From Callorhinchus milii (lineage: Eukaryota): 64,000 nt of DNA. The stretch lies in assembly GCF_018977255.1 (NCBI RefSeq), contig NW_024704772.1, forward strand, positions 124,001-188,000, written 5' to 3'. The translations under genes and the position numbers were made by a program. The notes under the pieces were generated by a model. That model had not been told where the DNA came from, did not search any database, and saw only the letters and a program-made list of their open reading frames with translations. How positions within the stretch are numbered: position 1 is the stretch's first letter; the number at the start of each line of letters is the position of its first letter. Below, piece after piece: positions 31,926-43,119 of this stretch.

Positions 31926-32397
31926 AAGCACGATGACTGGACTGAGGTCCATTACGATAGAGATACAGACATGGCCCAAGAAGGGTACCTGATCCCTAAG
32001 TCAGTGCCTTCAGCAAACGAGGGGAGAGAATTGGGAGTCATTTTAGTGATGTGCTCTGAGAACCAGCAATTCAGCAGAGACATTCTTCACAATGTGATAG
32101 GTAAGCTGATGAACTATTATGACCCATTTTCTCTACGGCTCAATGACCCTGCTGAATAGGATTTCACTCCCAATAGTTTGCCAGCCCAGCTCACCCCGAT
32201 TCCTCCCATTGTCTGTGCTGCCGACTGGGTTTTCATAGACAAACGTGACTGCACAGTGGTTAGCTGCCAACTCAACAAAACCTGAGCCTCGAGTACATTG
32301 GTCTTGGCTTGATATTGACCCATTCATGGACCAGGTACACCTCAGGGTAGAGGTACCGCTGTTTTTTTTGGAGAAAACTGTTCCACTTTTATTGCAT

Positions 32398-32610
32398 CTC
32401 GTCACACTGGAACATCTCAAAGCACTTCACAGGAATTACCAGCAAGTGTAGTGACCGCTGTATTTGTAAACACAGACCTTGGTTTAAACGTCTCATCTGA
32501 AGGACGGCACCACTAACAATGCGGCCAGCAACCCTCCCACAGTGCTGCACTGGAGTGTCAGCCTCGACTGTGAGAGTCCTGACATGGGGCAGGAACCCAC
32601 AACCTTCCCC
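32398..32610 (-). mobile_element. Old Deu/AmnSINE-like SINE fragment
   Basis: tctcatctgaaggacggcacc...gctgcactggagtgtcagcc...gaacccacaaccttc resembles the AmnSINE/DeuSINE-type consensus as recalled. A related copy lies inverted at 33462-33830. Confidence 0.6.
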
Positions 32611-33461
32611 GGGCGGGCACTATTGGTGTGAATTAGTCGCTTGTAGGTCACTGCTCCTTTAAGAGAGAGTTTTATTTTAGTCATTTTTGGAATAACTCCC
32701 AAACCTAGTACCATAGCTGGGTGTTGCCTTGAGCTGGATGGTAAAGAGTGTCCACCAAGATAAAAGCTTTTAATTATCTCTTGCTGCTTCATGTAAGTGA
32801 GTGTGCGGAGCCCAGAGCCGAGGTCACCACAAGCCTCGGGAACAGAAAAGTTTGCAGTTTGTTACGCCCCCGGCAAAATCATCTGGCTGTCCGTGGGGAC
32901 AGTGGACCACAAGCCCCAACATTCAGGGTGAGCAGCAAAGTCATGGACGGGGGGAAAAGGACCGAAAGGGAAGCAATGGATCTTGTATCTGGTAAACCAG
33001 CCCACGTCCCACTGATCTCCTGCTAACACTGCAATCTGCCCGAGACTGATGGCAATGAGGCGGGGAGGCACAGTGGGTGAGGTTCCTATTCAGAGAAGCT
33101 GTGCTCGGGGGAGATTAAGACTTACTCAATTCAGGGAATTCAATACAGGAAGTTTTCTGCTGACGAGAAACAAGAAACTGTTCGCTTTCCGTAAATTGTC
33201 AATTAGGGAAATGAAATATTCCAAAATGAGCATTGCTTCCCCTGGCTTCTCGACACCCTGCAAACCAGTCCACCCTGTCCTCAGCCAATGTGCACACACA
33301 CACACACAGACACACACACACAGACACACACTGCAACCTGCTTACCCAGAGATCTGTGTTAATGATATCTGGGCTCAGTATCACACCTTCACACCCAGAG
33401 CGGTTTCGTGATCTGCCGTGATCTAATAAACTCAGGGGAATGGCTCAACAATCTCTTCCTG

Positions 33462-33830
33462 TTCCTATGATGGGATCTCAGTCTAAGCTGACTCTCCAAT
33501 GCAGCGCAGTGGTGGTGTGGGTGGGGTGGGCTTTCGTTGTCAGAGGTACCGTCCTTTGGATGAGATGTCAAACCGAGTTCCCTGTCTTCCTGTTCACATG
33601 GGTGTTAAAGATCTCATGGCACTATTTGAGAAGAAAAGGGAATTTCTCTCTCTCTCGGTGTCTTGGCCAACAATGCCTCAAAATGAAATTGCTCACTCAC
33701 TCCATGGCTGTGGGCAAATTATCTGCTGTGTTTCACCCACAAATACACCGCCACCCCACTTCACAGTAAACTACAGTAAATCCTATGAAGCACTTGGAGA
33801 CATTCTGTATCAAATGTAAGGATATTTATG
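33462..33830 (+). mobile_element. Old Deu/AmnSINE-like SINE copy
   Basis: tctaagctgactctccaatgcagc...ggtaccgtcctttggatgagatgtcaaaccgag...aagatctcatggcactatttgagaag, followed by the family tail. Confidence 0.6.
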
Positions 33831-34275
33831 ATAATAATCAAGAGCAGGAGCCCTCCCTAAGCCACGGACATTTGCTACCCTGCCTTATCACACTCTCAAG
33901 AATTTTACTTTGAAGTGTAGTGACTGTAGGCACTTTGTCACAATGCGCACACAAAGGAGAGCCGCCAGCGATTGGTGGAAAGTGTTGTGAGGGGGAATTG
34001 TTGACAGACGTTACATTAAAGTAATTTGAACCACAGTTCAAGGAGCCAAAAGTTGGAACAAAAGGCAGTTTCGGAAACAAAGTGATAACTGTCCGTGCGG
34101 CACCGGGCGGATAAATCCGGGTGTGTCTGAGGGACAGTTAGAGTCGGTCAAATAAGTCGATGCTGGAATTCTCACACACCATTGTTGAGCCGTAAAACCT
34201 TCACTGACTGGGACTCAGAACATAAAATGGCTGCAACCAACTGCAATATGGAGGCAGCTCAGTGACAGGCAGAGC

Positions 34276-34472
34276 CACACTGCCACCTCCTGGTGACCAG
34301 GCGACACTGCACGCTCACACTGCCACCTCCTGGTGACCAGGCGACACTGCACGCTCACACTGCCACCTCCTGGTGACCAGGCGACACTGCACGCTCACAC
34401 TGCCATCTCCTGGTGACCAGGCGACACTGCACGCTCACACTGCCACCTCCTGGTGACCAGGCGACACTGCAC
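34276..34472 (-). repeat. 40-bp minisatellite, 5 copies, each carrying an extended CTCF-like motif
   Basis: Plus-strand unit cacactgccacctcctggtgaccaggcgacactgcacgct at 34276, 34316, 34356, 34396 and 34436. Minus strand reads TGCAG-13 nt-CCAGGAGGTGGCAGT. Confidence 0.9.
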
Positions 34473-34876
34473 CGCGAGGACTGCACAACCCAGTATTTTG
34501 TTGCGTTCAGCCATGTCCCACAAACAGCCATGGTGTGAGCGACCAATTTTTATTTGGCCAGGACACTTGAAGTACCTCACCTAAAGGAAGAAAGTGGTTT
34601 GGATCCCAAAGTATAGAAAGTTTAATATTTAATTGTCACACGCCTCTAATACAGCAACGAGTCTGTCTTTAGTTAAGTAACTGTGATCCACTACTGACAC
34701 ATACCTAAATTTAAGGCTTTTGTCTTGATCCTTACTTAGGGACTTGTGTGAACAGTGAGGAACACCCCAACCCAGTCCATCCCACCCCAGCTTCACCAAC
34801 AATACATCCTGTACCTGCGGCTCATGGGCACGTTTGCTCTTGTTCAACATTCGCTCCAGCCACTGAGACTCCCAAG

Positions 34877-36367
34877 TTATTGCGGATTTCCAAAATATTC
34901 TTTCTCAAATGTCCTGAAGTCTTTCTCTGAGAAAACACTCTTTTCTTCCTTCTTTGCTTTCTCCTCTTCCGGAAGGTCTCTCGCTTTCCTCCCTCGATTG
35001 TAATTGAGAATCTGCACCAAAGCAGAGAATTGCTCCACGTTATAATCTATTGCTCTGAAATGCTCCCCTTGTGAAGGGTACGAGGGAAATACAAGTTGTT
35101 GTCGTTGTTCACTCCAGTAAATCAGAAGATTACAGGAGGCCATGCACTCCTCCAAACGCACACACACTCATGTGTGTATATGCACCCACAAACACGCCTG
35201 CACACGTGAACACACACATACGCTCGTGTGTATATGCACCAACACAGTACCGAGACACACCCGACCTTTTCAGTCGCACTCACCTGTCTGGTGATGCTGC
35301 TCTCAGTCTGTGAGCTCACGCCCAGCATGTACCGGAGATTGTCTTCAGTGTGGTCCGTACCCTGTCGTTTCCGATACTCCTCTGTCGAGGAAAGAGCGCT
35401 CTTATTAACACCCGGCAAGATGGAGTGGAGGACTAGTGGGAATGCTCATTGTATTCCCCTCAGTGGGGAAACCCACCGTGCGATGTGATGTGATGCCGAG
35501 CCACACAGTGGGGTCTAACCTGCGGTGATTTCTGATAACATTTTTTTACGGAGGATGTGTTGGATATGTGCAGGTCCTCCCTCACATGGACAGTGTCAGC
35601 ACGGGAGACAACCACTCGCCCCTCAATGTCCCCCACACGGGCGTCTACGTTCGCAACTCTTTAAAAGCCATCAGCAAGCGCTGGTCATCGCTGAAGGAAC
35701 AAAAAGGTGTGAGGGTCACGTACCGAGGGCTGACTTCACCGCCTTCCCCTTCACAGTGGATTTGACCTTTTTCTTTTGTGCATGAAGCCTCTGCCGCTGC
35801 TTCTTGACTCCTCTCTTGCCTGTGGTCCTCAGGCCGGTGCGGTCAGTCCCAGTCCGGCCACACGCCACCTTCCTCTTCACCGTCATGTCACTTTTACCTG
35901 AAACACAAGGCGGCGATCGCGTCAGAAACACAGTCAACAACGCACAGTAATTGGCCTCTGCGCTCGAGACGCTGCCGTGTGATAATGTGCCATAAAACAC
36001 AGAGTTTCATCTTCTTTGCCATCACACGGAGCAGCACCGACCGGGCGGCACTTTATTATAATAATAATAATAATAATAATCCTCGCACTTGGTACAGCAC
36101 CTAATCATTTTGATGACGATGACGCAAAGAGCTTCACATGATATTGCTGTCCAGTGGAGTGACTGTGCCTTTTGTGGGCTAAACAGGAGAGGGAGTGGGG
36201 GGAGAGGCGGGAGAGGGGAGAGAGGGGGGGAGGGGGAGAGAGGGGGGGAGGGGGGGGAGGGGGGAGAGAGGGGGGGAGGGGGGGGGAGGGGGGGCAGTGA
36301 AGCCCCACTTACCCCTGGTTTCCTGGCCCAGCAGCTCCAGGCCTTTCCTCACCAGCGACGCCGACAT
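34877..36367 (-). CDS. RPS19BP1: Active regulator of SIRT1 / RPS19-binding protein 1; 4 exons, 153 aa
   Basis: Exons 36367-36313, 35897-35724, 35381-35284, 35011-34877 (462 nt, GT-AG, in phase). MSASLVRKGLELL, KGKAVKSALEEYRKRQGTDHTEDNL and QILNYNRGRKARD...SVFSEKDFRTFEKEYFG match AROS. Tail-to-tail with ATF4 as in human. Confidence 0.93.
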
Positions 36368-36390
36368 CCTACTGTAGGCCCGAACCTCAC

Positions 36391-36606
36391 CAGCGCCGCC
36401 CACTGGTCACACACAGCGCCGCCCACTGGTCACACACAGCGCCGCCCACTGGTCACACACAGCGCCGCCCACTGGTCACACACAGCGCCGCCCACTGGTC
36501 ACACACAGCGCCGCCCACTGGTCACACACAGCGCCGCCCACTGGTCACACACAGCGCCGCCCACTGGTCACACACAGCGCCGCCCACTGGTCACACACAG
36601 CGCCGC
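36391..36606 (-). repeat. 23-bp minisatellite (~9.4 copies) immediately 5' of the RPS19BP1 ATG
   Basis: Plus-strand unit cagcgccgcccactggtcacaca, repeated perfectly from 36391. Confidence 0.92.
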
Positions 36607-37220
36607 ATGCGCGGTGAGTTTGTGCGTATGTGTGGGGGAGAGTGTGTGTGTGGGGGGGGAGTGTGTGTGGGGGGGTGTGTGTGGTGTGTGTGTAGGGGGT
36701 GGAGGGAGGGTGTGGGGGTGTGTGTGGGGGGGAGGGAGTGTGTGTGTGGGGTGGAGGGAGGGTGGGTATGTGTGTGTGTGGGGGTGTGTTTGNNNNNNNN
36801 NNNNNNNNNNNNNNNNNNNNNNNNNNNNNNNNNNNNNNNNNNNNNNNNNNNNNNNNNNNNNNNNNNNNNNNNNNNNNNNNNNNNNNNNNNNNNNNNNNNN
36901 NNNNNNNNNNNNNNNNNNNNNNNNNNNNNNNNNNNNNNNNNNNNNNNNNNNNNNNNNNNNTGTGGGGAGGGGTGTGTGTGTGTGTGGGGGTGTTTGGTGG
37001 GGGGGGGGGTGTGTGGGTGTNNNNNNNNNNNNNNNNNNNNNNNNNNNNNNNNNNNNNNNNNNNNNNNNNNNNNNNNNNNNNNNNNNNNNNNNNNNNNNNN
37101 NNNNNNNNNNNNNNNNNNNNNNNNNNNNNNNNNNNNNNNNNNNNNNNNNTGTGGGGGTGTGTTTGGTGGGGGGGGGTGTGTGGGTGTGTGTGTGGGGGTG
37201 TGTTTGGGGGGGGGGGTGGA
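36607..37220. repeat. GT/G-rich low-complexity tract containing two assembly gaps (N 36793-36960 and 37021-37149)
   Basis: Visible directly. Confidence 0.95.
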
Positions 37221-37609
37221 GCTGAACAAATAAGGTTTCAAATATAATCGCTGACTGAGAGTTAAACATTGAGCGGTTTATGAAGCCTTATGTTTAAAGT
37301 GCGGCCCTTACGCTCCCGGCTTCAGGTTTTTTTCACCCACAAAATACAGTCACTAAACTTTGCGGTGTATCCTGTGAAGCGCTTTGAAACGTTTCGACGA
37401 CGTGACCAGGCGCTGTGGCCAATATTATGATGATGAAGGTGTCGCTGGGATGGCAGCAGCGTGTGGACAACTTGGGGCGCTGTCGGGGTATTGCCGATCG
37501 GGGTATTAAATCTCCTGAGGTTTGGCAGTAATTAGCTGTGAAGTTTACTCATTGATGCCAGAACCAGTGAAACTACATCAGTGAGGAGTAACCTCTACTC
37601 TAAACCGCC

Positions 37610-38250
37610 ACTCCCTCTGCCAGTGACTCTGCCACTGCCTCACCCCTCAGGCTGCCCAAACCCTCACCCACGCATTCGTCACATCAAGGCTCGGTTACGG
37701 GAACTCCCTCCTCATCGGCCTTCCCAACTCGTCCCTTCACAAGCTGCAGATCATCCAAAACTGCAGGTCGTTTACTCTCACGCACCCTGGCCCGACCCCA
37801 CCGGCTCCCCATCCCCCAGAGGATCGAGTTCAAGATCCTCATCCTCACCTTTAAGGCCATCCACAGTCTTGCCCCCTCCTATCTCTCTGACCTGCTGACT
37901 CCCTACCAATCTGCCCACTCCCTCCGCTCAGCGAGCTCCGGCTGCTCCATATCTCCCGCCCGACCCGCCCTACCATCGGTGGCCGGGCTTTCAGCCTCTC
38001 TGCCCCCACACTCTGGAACTCCATCCCACGGTCCCTTCGCCTCGCTTCCTCACTTGCCTCCTTCAAGGCCAGTCTCAAGACCCTTCTCTTCGACCGTGCC
38101 TTTGGTCTCCCTCCCACCTCTCTGCCTTCCCTCACCCCTACACCACCCCTCCCCCATGCTCGGGCCCCGACACTTGACTGTTCCAACGCTTTGGGACGTC
38201 CTCTCGATGTGAAAGGCACTCTATAAATGTAATTTTGTTGTTGTTGTTGT
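37610..38250 (+). mobile_element. L2 3' fragment
   Basis: Homologous to the 14690-15572 element (ttcaagatcctcatcctcacctttaaggcc, ggccgggctttcagc...ctctggaactcc), ending ctataaatgtaattttgttgttg. Confidence 0.85.
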
Positions 38251-39590
38251 AATCACTAGTTACAGTGGCTTTGGCGAGAACCAAAGTGATTCTCCCAGAT
38301 ATAAAAGTGTTCGTCAGAGCTGAGTGAGTCTCCATGTGTTATCTCTGAAACCCACTGACAGTTTCTATCATGTGAAGCGAGCCCTCGCTGGGTTGCCAGT
38401 GTCACAGAGGTCATTCATCCTGCATTAACGTTGGCTTACAGAACACCATACGTTCAGGAAGAGCTATCCGTTTAATGTCCAAATGTTCACTCACCCCTTC
38501 CCCAGTCCCTTCCTCAGAAAGTGTCTCATCAAATTGGAAAGCTTTCAAGGTGCTTCACTTCACAGGTAATTCCTGTCAAGCGTAGTGACTAAGTAGTTAG
38601 TTTCACTGCTGGCTACTCCTTTGAACCCAACACTTACAGCACTGAACTCCTGGGTCAGCTGAGATCAGTGAACCCAACACAGGAGAAACCCTGAGTAATC
38701 ACTGTACAACAACAACTTTTTTCCGAGAGCGCTTGAATGCCCAGTGCTATCCAGCCCCACTCCTCACTGCACGTCACTCAGTCACTGGAACCGTCGGAAA
38801 GATTCTACATAATTTATTTTGAATTATTTCAACAGCAATTAATAAAGTATATCACAATTCAATTTCTCTACAGATCACATTACTGAAGGCAAGGCGTAAA
38901 TTGGAGCAATATCTCTAAGTTTGATACATTGGAGCAGGAAGCAGACTCCATCATTACATCTGAGCTTCTGAAATGGTTTTTAAGGCTAGATCATGTAGAC
39001 CATGATAAGCTGTTTTATCTTGTACTGACCAGTAGAACCAGAGGACATGGCCTGTGATTGGAGGGGAGTAAATTCAGAACAAATCTGTGGAGACACTACT
39101 TCAGTGAGTGAACAGTAAATGTATGGAACAGAGTCCCTGAGGAGACAGACGGAAGCAAAGTGTTGATTATTTCAAGAACAAATTAGAGCGATTTCTGTGA
39201 CAAATTCCCAAATTTAGTCTGAATTTGTAAGCCGCTTTTCTGCAGCTGTTACAAAGGACTTTCAGGCAAAAAATTTCAATAATTTGGTCACTCAATCCAC
39301 GGCTGTTTGTGGGGACGCTGCTGTGTGCAATTGGTTGCTGTATTTCACCCACAAAATATACAGTCAATTCACTTTACAGTATATCCTGTGAGCGCTTTGA
39401 GAAGTCTCGAAGATGTGATCATGCGCTGCATCAAATGCAAGGATTATTATTATTAAAATGCTGAAACTTCAGCTCAGGTTTTGTCTGAGTAAGTTTTTCA
39501 TTTCTCCCATTGCTACCAAAGGGCAGATATTTCTGACTCGGAACAGCTTCACCATTGGGAGACCACCATTGGACGAGGTGGGTGGGGGGG

Positions 39591-42088
39591 CTACTTCAGC
39601 TTCCCTTTTCCCTCGGAGATAATGTTCTCGGGCTTGGCGCGTGTGAACCACTCCACCCAGGAGCCATCATAGATAGCCACGTCCTCCTTGCCGCAGAGAT
39701 AGGCTGCCAAGGCGATGTGACAGGCTGTCACCCCTGTCCCACACGTGGCCACGATGGGTTTGCTCAGGTCCACATGGTGCTCCTCAAATATCGCTCGCAG
39801 CGAAGCCACGTCCCGCATGAGCAGCGTCTCCGGGTCCAGGAAGGTGTTAAACGGGATATTGATGCTCCCAGGAATGTGGCCCGGCTCGAACCCTGGAGAT
39901 AAATAATAATAATAATCCTTGCATTTGATACAGCGCCTTACCACATCATTGAGACGTCTCAAAACGCTTTACAGAATATACTGTAAAATGTAGTGACTAG
40001 ATCTTGTGGGCAAAACTCAGCAGCCAATTGCGCACAGTAGTGTCCCACAACAGTCGTGGATTGAGGAATCCAATTTTTTTGTGGAGGGATCATTACCTGT
40101 GGAAAAGCGATCCACTGCTGACAATGGTACAATAGCATCAATGATGGTGTGTAACTAGAGCCGAACGTGGCAGCCAATTAAGAGATCCAAGTAACGCCCA
40201 GGTTACTGCAGCAAATTGTTGGCCACCATGACACTCCCAAAATAAGACCGGATTTTAGAAGTTCCTACAGCTCAGTACCATTTTAGTTTTAAGACAAAAG
40301 CTGTCTTGCAGCCAAAGACCAGGTGAATTTTGAGTGCTCAGGGAATCAGAGTTTCAGTCAAGGATTTCCCTATTGCTCAACCCTCAGAATTGCTGACTTT
40401 GTCTAATCTGATTGTTACTTTAACAGAATCCAGGTTAATCATTAGTGGGATAGGTCACACATAAACACTGACAAACTGTCTACCCGGTGAGGAAATCACT
40501 CGCCCATAAATACTTAGACTCCTGGGCTTGTGGCTCACAAAGTTTCCAAATAATAATCAATAATAATCCTAATTAAAACATCCCCACAAACCTTTAAAAG
40601 TTCCGAACTGTGGCTGAATTTGACAACTGCCCACAATTCTAATGCCGACTGTCAAAATATATACAAGAAATTACATCAGTAAAGCACCTTTCACGTCGGG
40701 AGGACGTCCCAACAACAACAACAACAACTCTCCTGGTGTTTTCAGATGAGACGTTCAACCGAGGTCCCGGGATGTCTGCAGATTAGTTGCTGCAAAACAG
40801 TCACTACAGTTTACAGTCGAGTCCTGCGAAGCGCTTTGAGGCAAAGGGTGAAATTACAAGGAACGAAATGCCAGGGGGAGGTTCCAGCGATTGTTACTCC
40901 AGTTACTTGGATAATGGGTACAGGATTATTATTTTCATTGTGTTATGTTGCTGTTAAGGCGCGATGATGAGTTGTTTAAGCACAGACTCTCCCTGAGCTC
41001 TGGGGTAGAGGGTTATTAATAATTACTAGTTCAATAATCCGCACTTTGGGACGTCCTCCCGACATGAAAAGCGCTTTACAAACGCCATCTGTTGCTGTTG
41101 CAGTAGTTATTATTAGTAATAATATTATCAGTAATGAGGCGTGGAGACCCCCTCCAGGCTCCGGGCTCACTCCCCCCACCTGGAGCTGCCCCGGTTATTA
41201 AAGGGGTTTGTGTAGATGATCGTTAAGTTATATCAAATGCAAAGATTATTATTATTATTATTATTATTATATATTATGAGTTATTTCAGGGGTTAGTGAG
41301 GGGGTGACAGACACACACCACACACCCGAGTGTGGGCTCGGGTTCCCGGCCCTGAAGCCCTGGAGATCATGTGGTGTTTGTGCAGATGATTACATTATAT
41401 TATTATAATTATAATTATTATTATTATTATTGGGGGTCATTAGTGGGACACACACTCACTCACTCACTCACACACCCTCTCTGGGCTCGGGCTCGATGCC
41501 CCTGAAGCGGCCCCGGGACCGGGCGTCCAGCAGCTGGAAGCGGGGTCGGTGGATGTTGCTCACGACGGCGGGGAAGGCGGTGACGGCGCTCGGGGTGTAG
41601 GAGGCGGTGAAGGCCCGAGGCCTGGGGCTCGCGTGGCCGCTCTCGAGCGGGAGGCCCAGGCGGCGCCAGGCGGCCAAACCGCCGTCCAGCACCGACACCG
41701 CGCGGTGTCCGAACAACCGGAACATCCACCAGACCCGCGGGGAGCAGAAGGCGCCGTAGGGGCTGCCGTCGTACACCACCACCCGGCAGCCGCCGCTCAC
41801 CCCCAGGCCGCCCGCGTAGGCCGCGAAAGCCTCGGGCTCGGGTAGCGAGTGCTCGTAAGGGGACGAGCGGTCGCAGCACTCGTCCAGGTCAAAGTACCCG
41901 GCGCCGGGGATGTGGGCCTCGCGGTGCTCCCGCCGCCCGTCCCGCCCCGACCCCGGCAGATACCAGGAGGTGTCCAGCACCCGGATCGGCTGCTCGGCCC
42001 CGGCCCCCGGAGCCCCGGACCCCGGAGCCCCGGACCCCAGGGCCTCGGCCAGGCAGCGGGCAGACACCAGCGTCCGGCTCAGGCTCAT
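39591..42088 (-). CDS. MPST: 3-mercaptopyruvate sulfurtransferase (tandem rhodanese); 2 coding exons, 304 aa
   Basis: Exons 42088-41476 and 39892-39591 (915 nt, phase-1 intron at EPREG|FEPGHIPG). Motifs RVLDTSWYLP, HIPGAGYFDLD, SPRVWWMFRLFGH, active-site loop CGTGVTAC (MPST type; TST has CRKGVT), YDGSWVEW and C-terminal ISEGKGK. Confidence 0.9.
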
Positions 42089-42127
42089 GGCGGGAGCTTC
42101 GTCTGCTCCTCAGCCACAAACACACCC

Positions 42128-42320
42128 CTTCCCCCTCACTCTCTCCCTCCCCTCACTCCTCCCCTCACTCCCTCCCTCCCTCCTCCCCTCACTCCCTCTC
42201 TCCTCCCCTCACTCCCTCCCTCCCTCTCTCCTCCCCTCACTCTCTCCCTCCCTCCTCCCCTCCCTCCCTCCCTCCCTCCTCCCCTCACTCCCTCTCTCCT
42301 CCCCTCACTCCCTCTCTGCT
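42128..42320. repeat. Polypyrimidine/polypurine (ctcc/ctcact) repeat directly upstream of MPST
   Basis: Visible directly. Confidence 0.85.
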
Positions 42321-43119
42321 CCTGACTCGCTGTAAAATCGCAGCTGACTGACTGACTGACTGACCACCGGGAGACAGAGAGATTCTCCCTTCTCTTCGAA
42401 CAGCGCTGTGGGATCTTCAACGTCCACCTGAACAGACAGACGGGACTTTTAATCCTGAATCTGATTCTCATGTGGGCCGGGGAGCGTGTTATAATAATAA
42501 TAATAATCCTTACATCGGTACAGTGCCTTTCACCCCAGGATGCCCCAAAGCACTTCACCGGATGTACTGTAAAGTTTAATGACTGTGTGTGGTGTGGAGT
42601 TCATTTAGTGTTGAAACCCTCAATGCACGAGGGGGTCATTCACATGCAAGCGAGCGAGAGCATTTTGTTTCAGGTTTTGTCACCGAGCGCGAGGCCGTGT
42701 ACGTGCGCGGGTGCGGTCCAACACAGGATTGAGCGCTGACTTCATTGCTTTTAGCCAGAGCAGTAATAGGGCCATTACAATTGGCTACAACTCTGCGCAA
42801 ACTGGCTGCCGCGTTTGTCTACGACACAGTCACTGTACCTTACAGGGTATCCTGTGAAGCGCTTCGATAGTCCTCCCGATGTGAAAGACAGTATATCAGA
42901 TATCAGACGAACCCACTATCAGTTGACAATAAGAATTTGAGGATTTCCAGCTGCCTCTTTGGAAGCAGCGAGACAAAGGCACCTCCACTCTGACGCTCCT
43001 CTACAGCGTCCGCCTCGAGAGACCAAAGGAGCTCTGTAATCCTGACCCACAAGCTCTCGGCTCGGAGGCGAGAGTGTGAGCGACTGAGCCGCCACAAAGA
43101 CGGGCTTGAGGGTGGCAGG

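Noticed and set aside
34276-34472. 40-bp and 23-bp repeats as CRISPR arrays
   Set aside because: Head-to-tail identical units without unique spacers; eukaryotic DNA; no cas genes.
36089-37269. 378-aa and overlapping ORFs across the repeat and gap region
   Set aside because: Artefacts of minisatellite, GT repeats and N runs.
41460-41476. Consensus GTGAGT donors just downstream of the MPST exon 1 end
   Set aside because: They give the wrong phase or include a TGA. Only the weaker G|GTGTGT donor at 41476 restores EPREG-FEPG.
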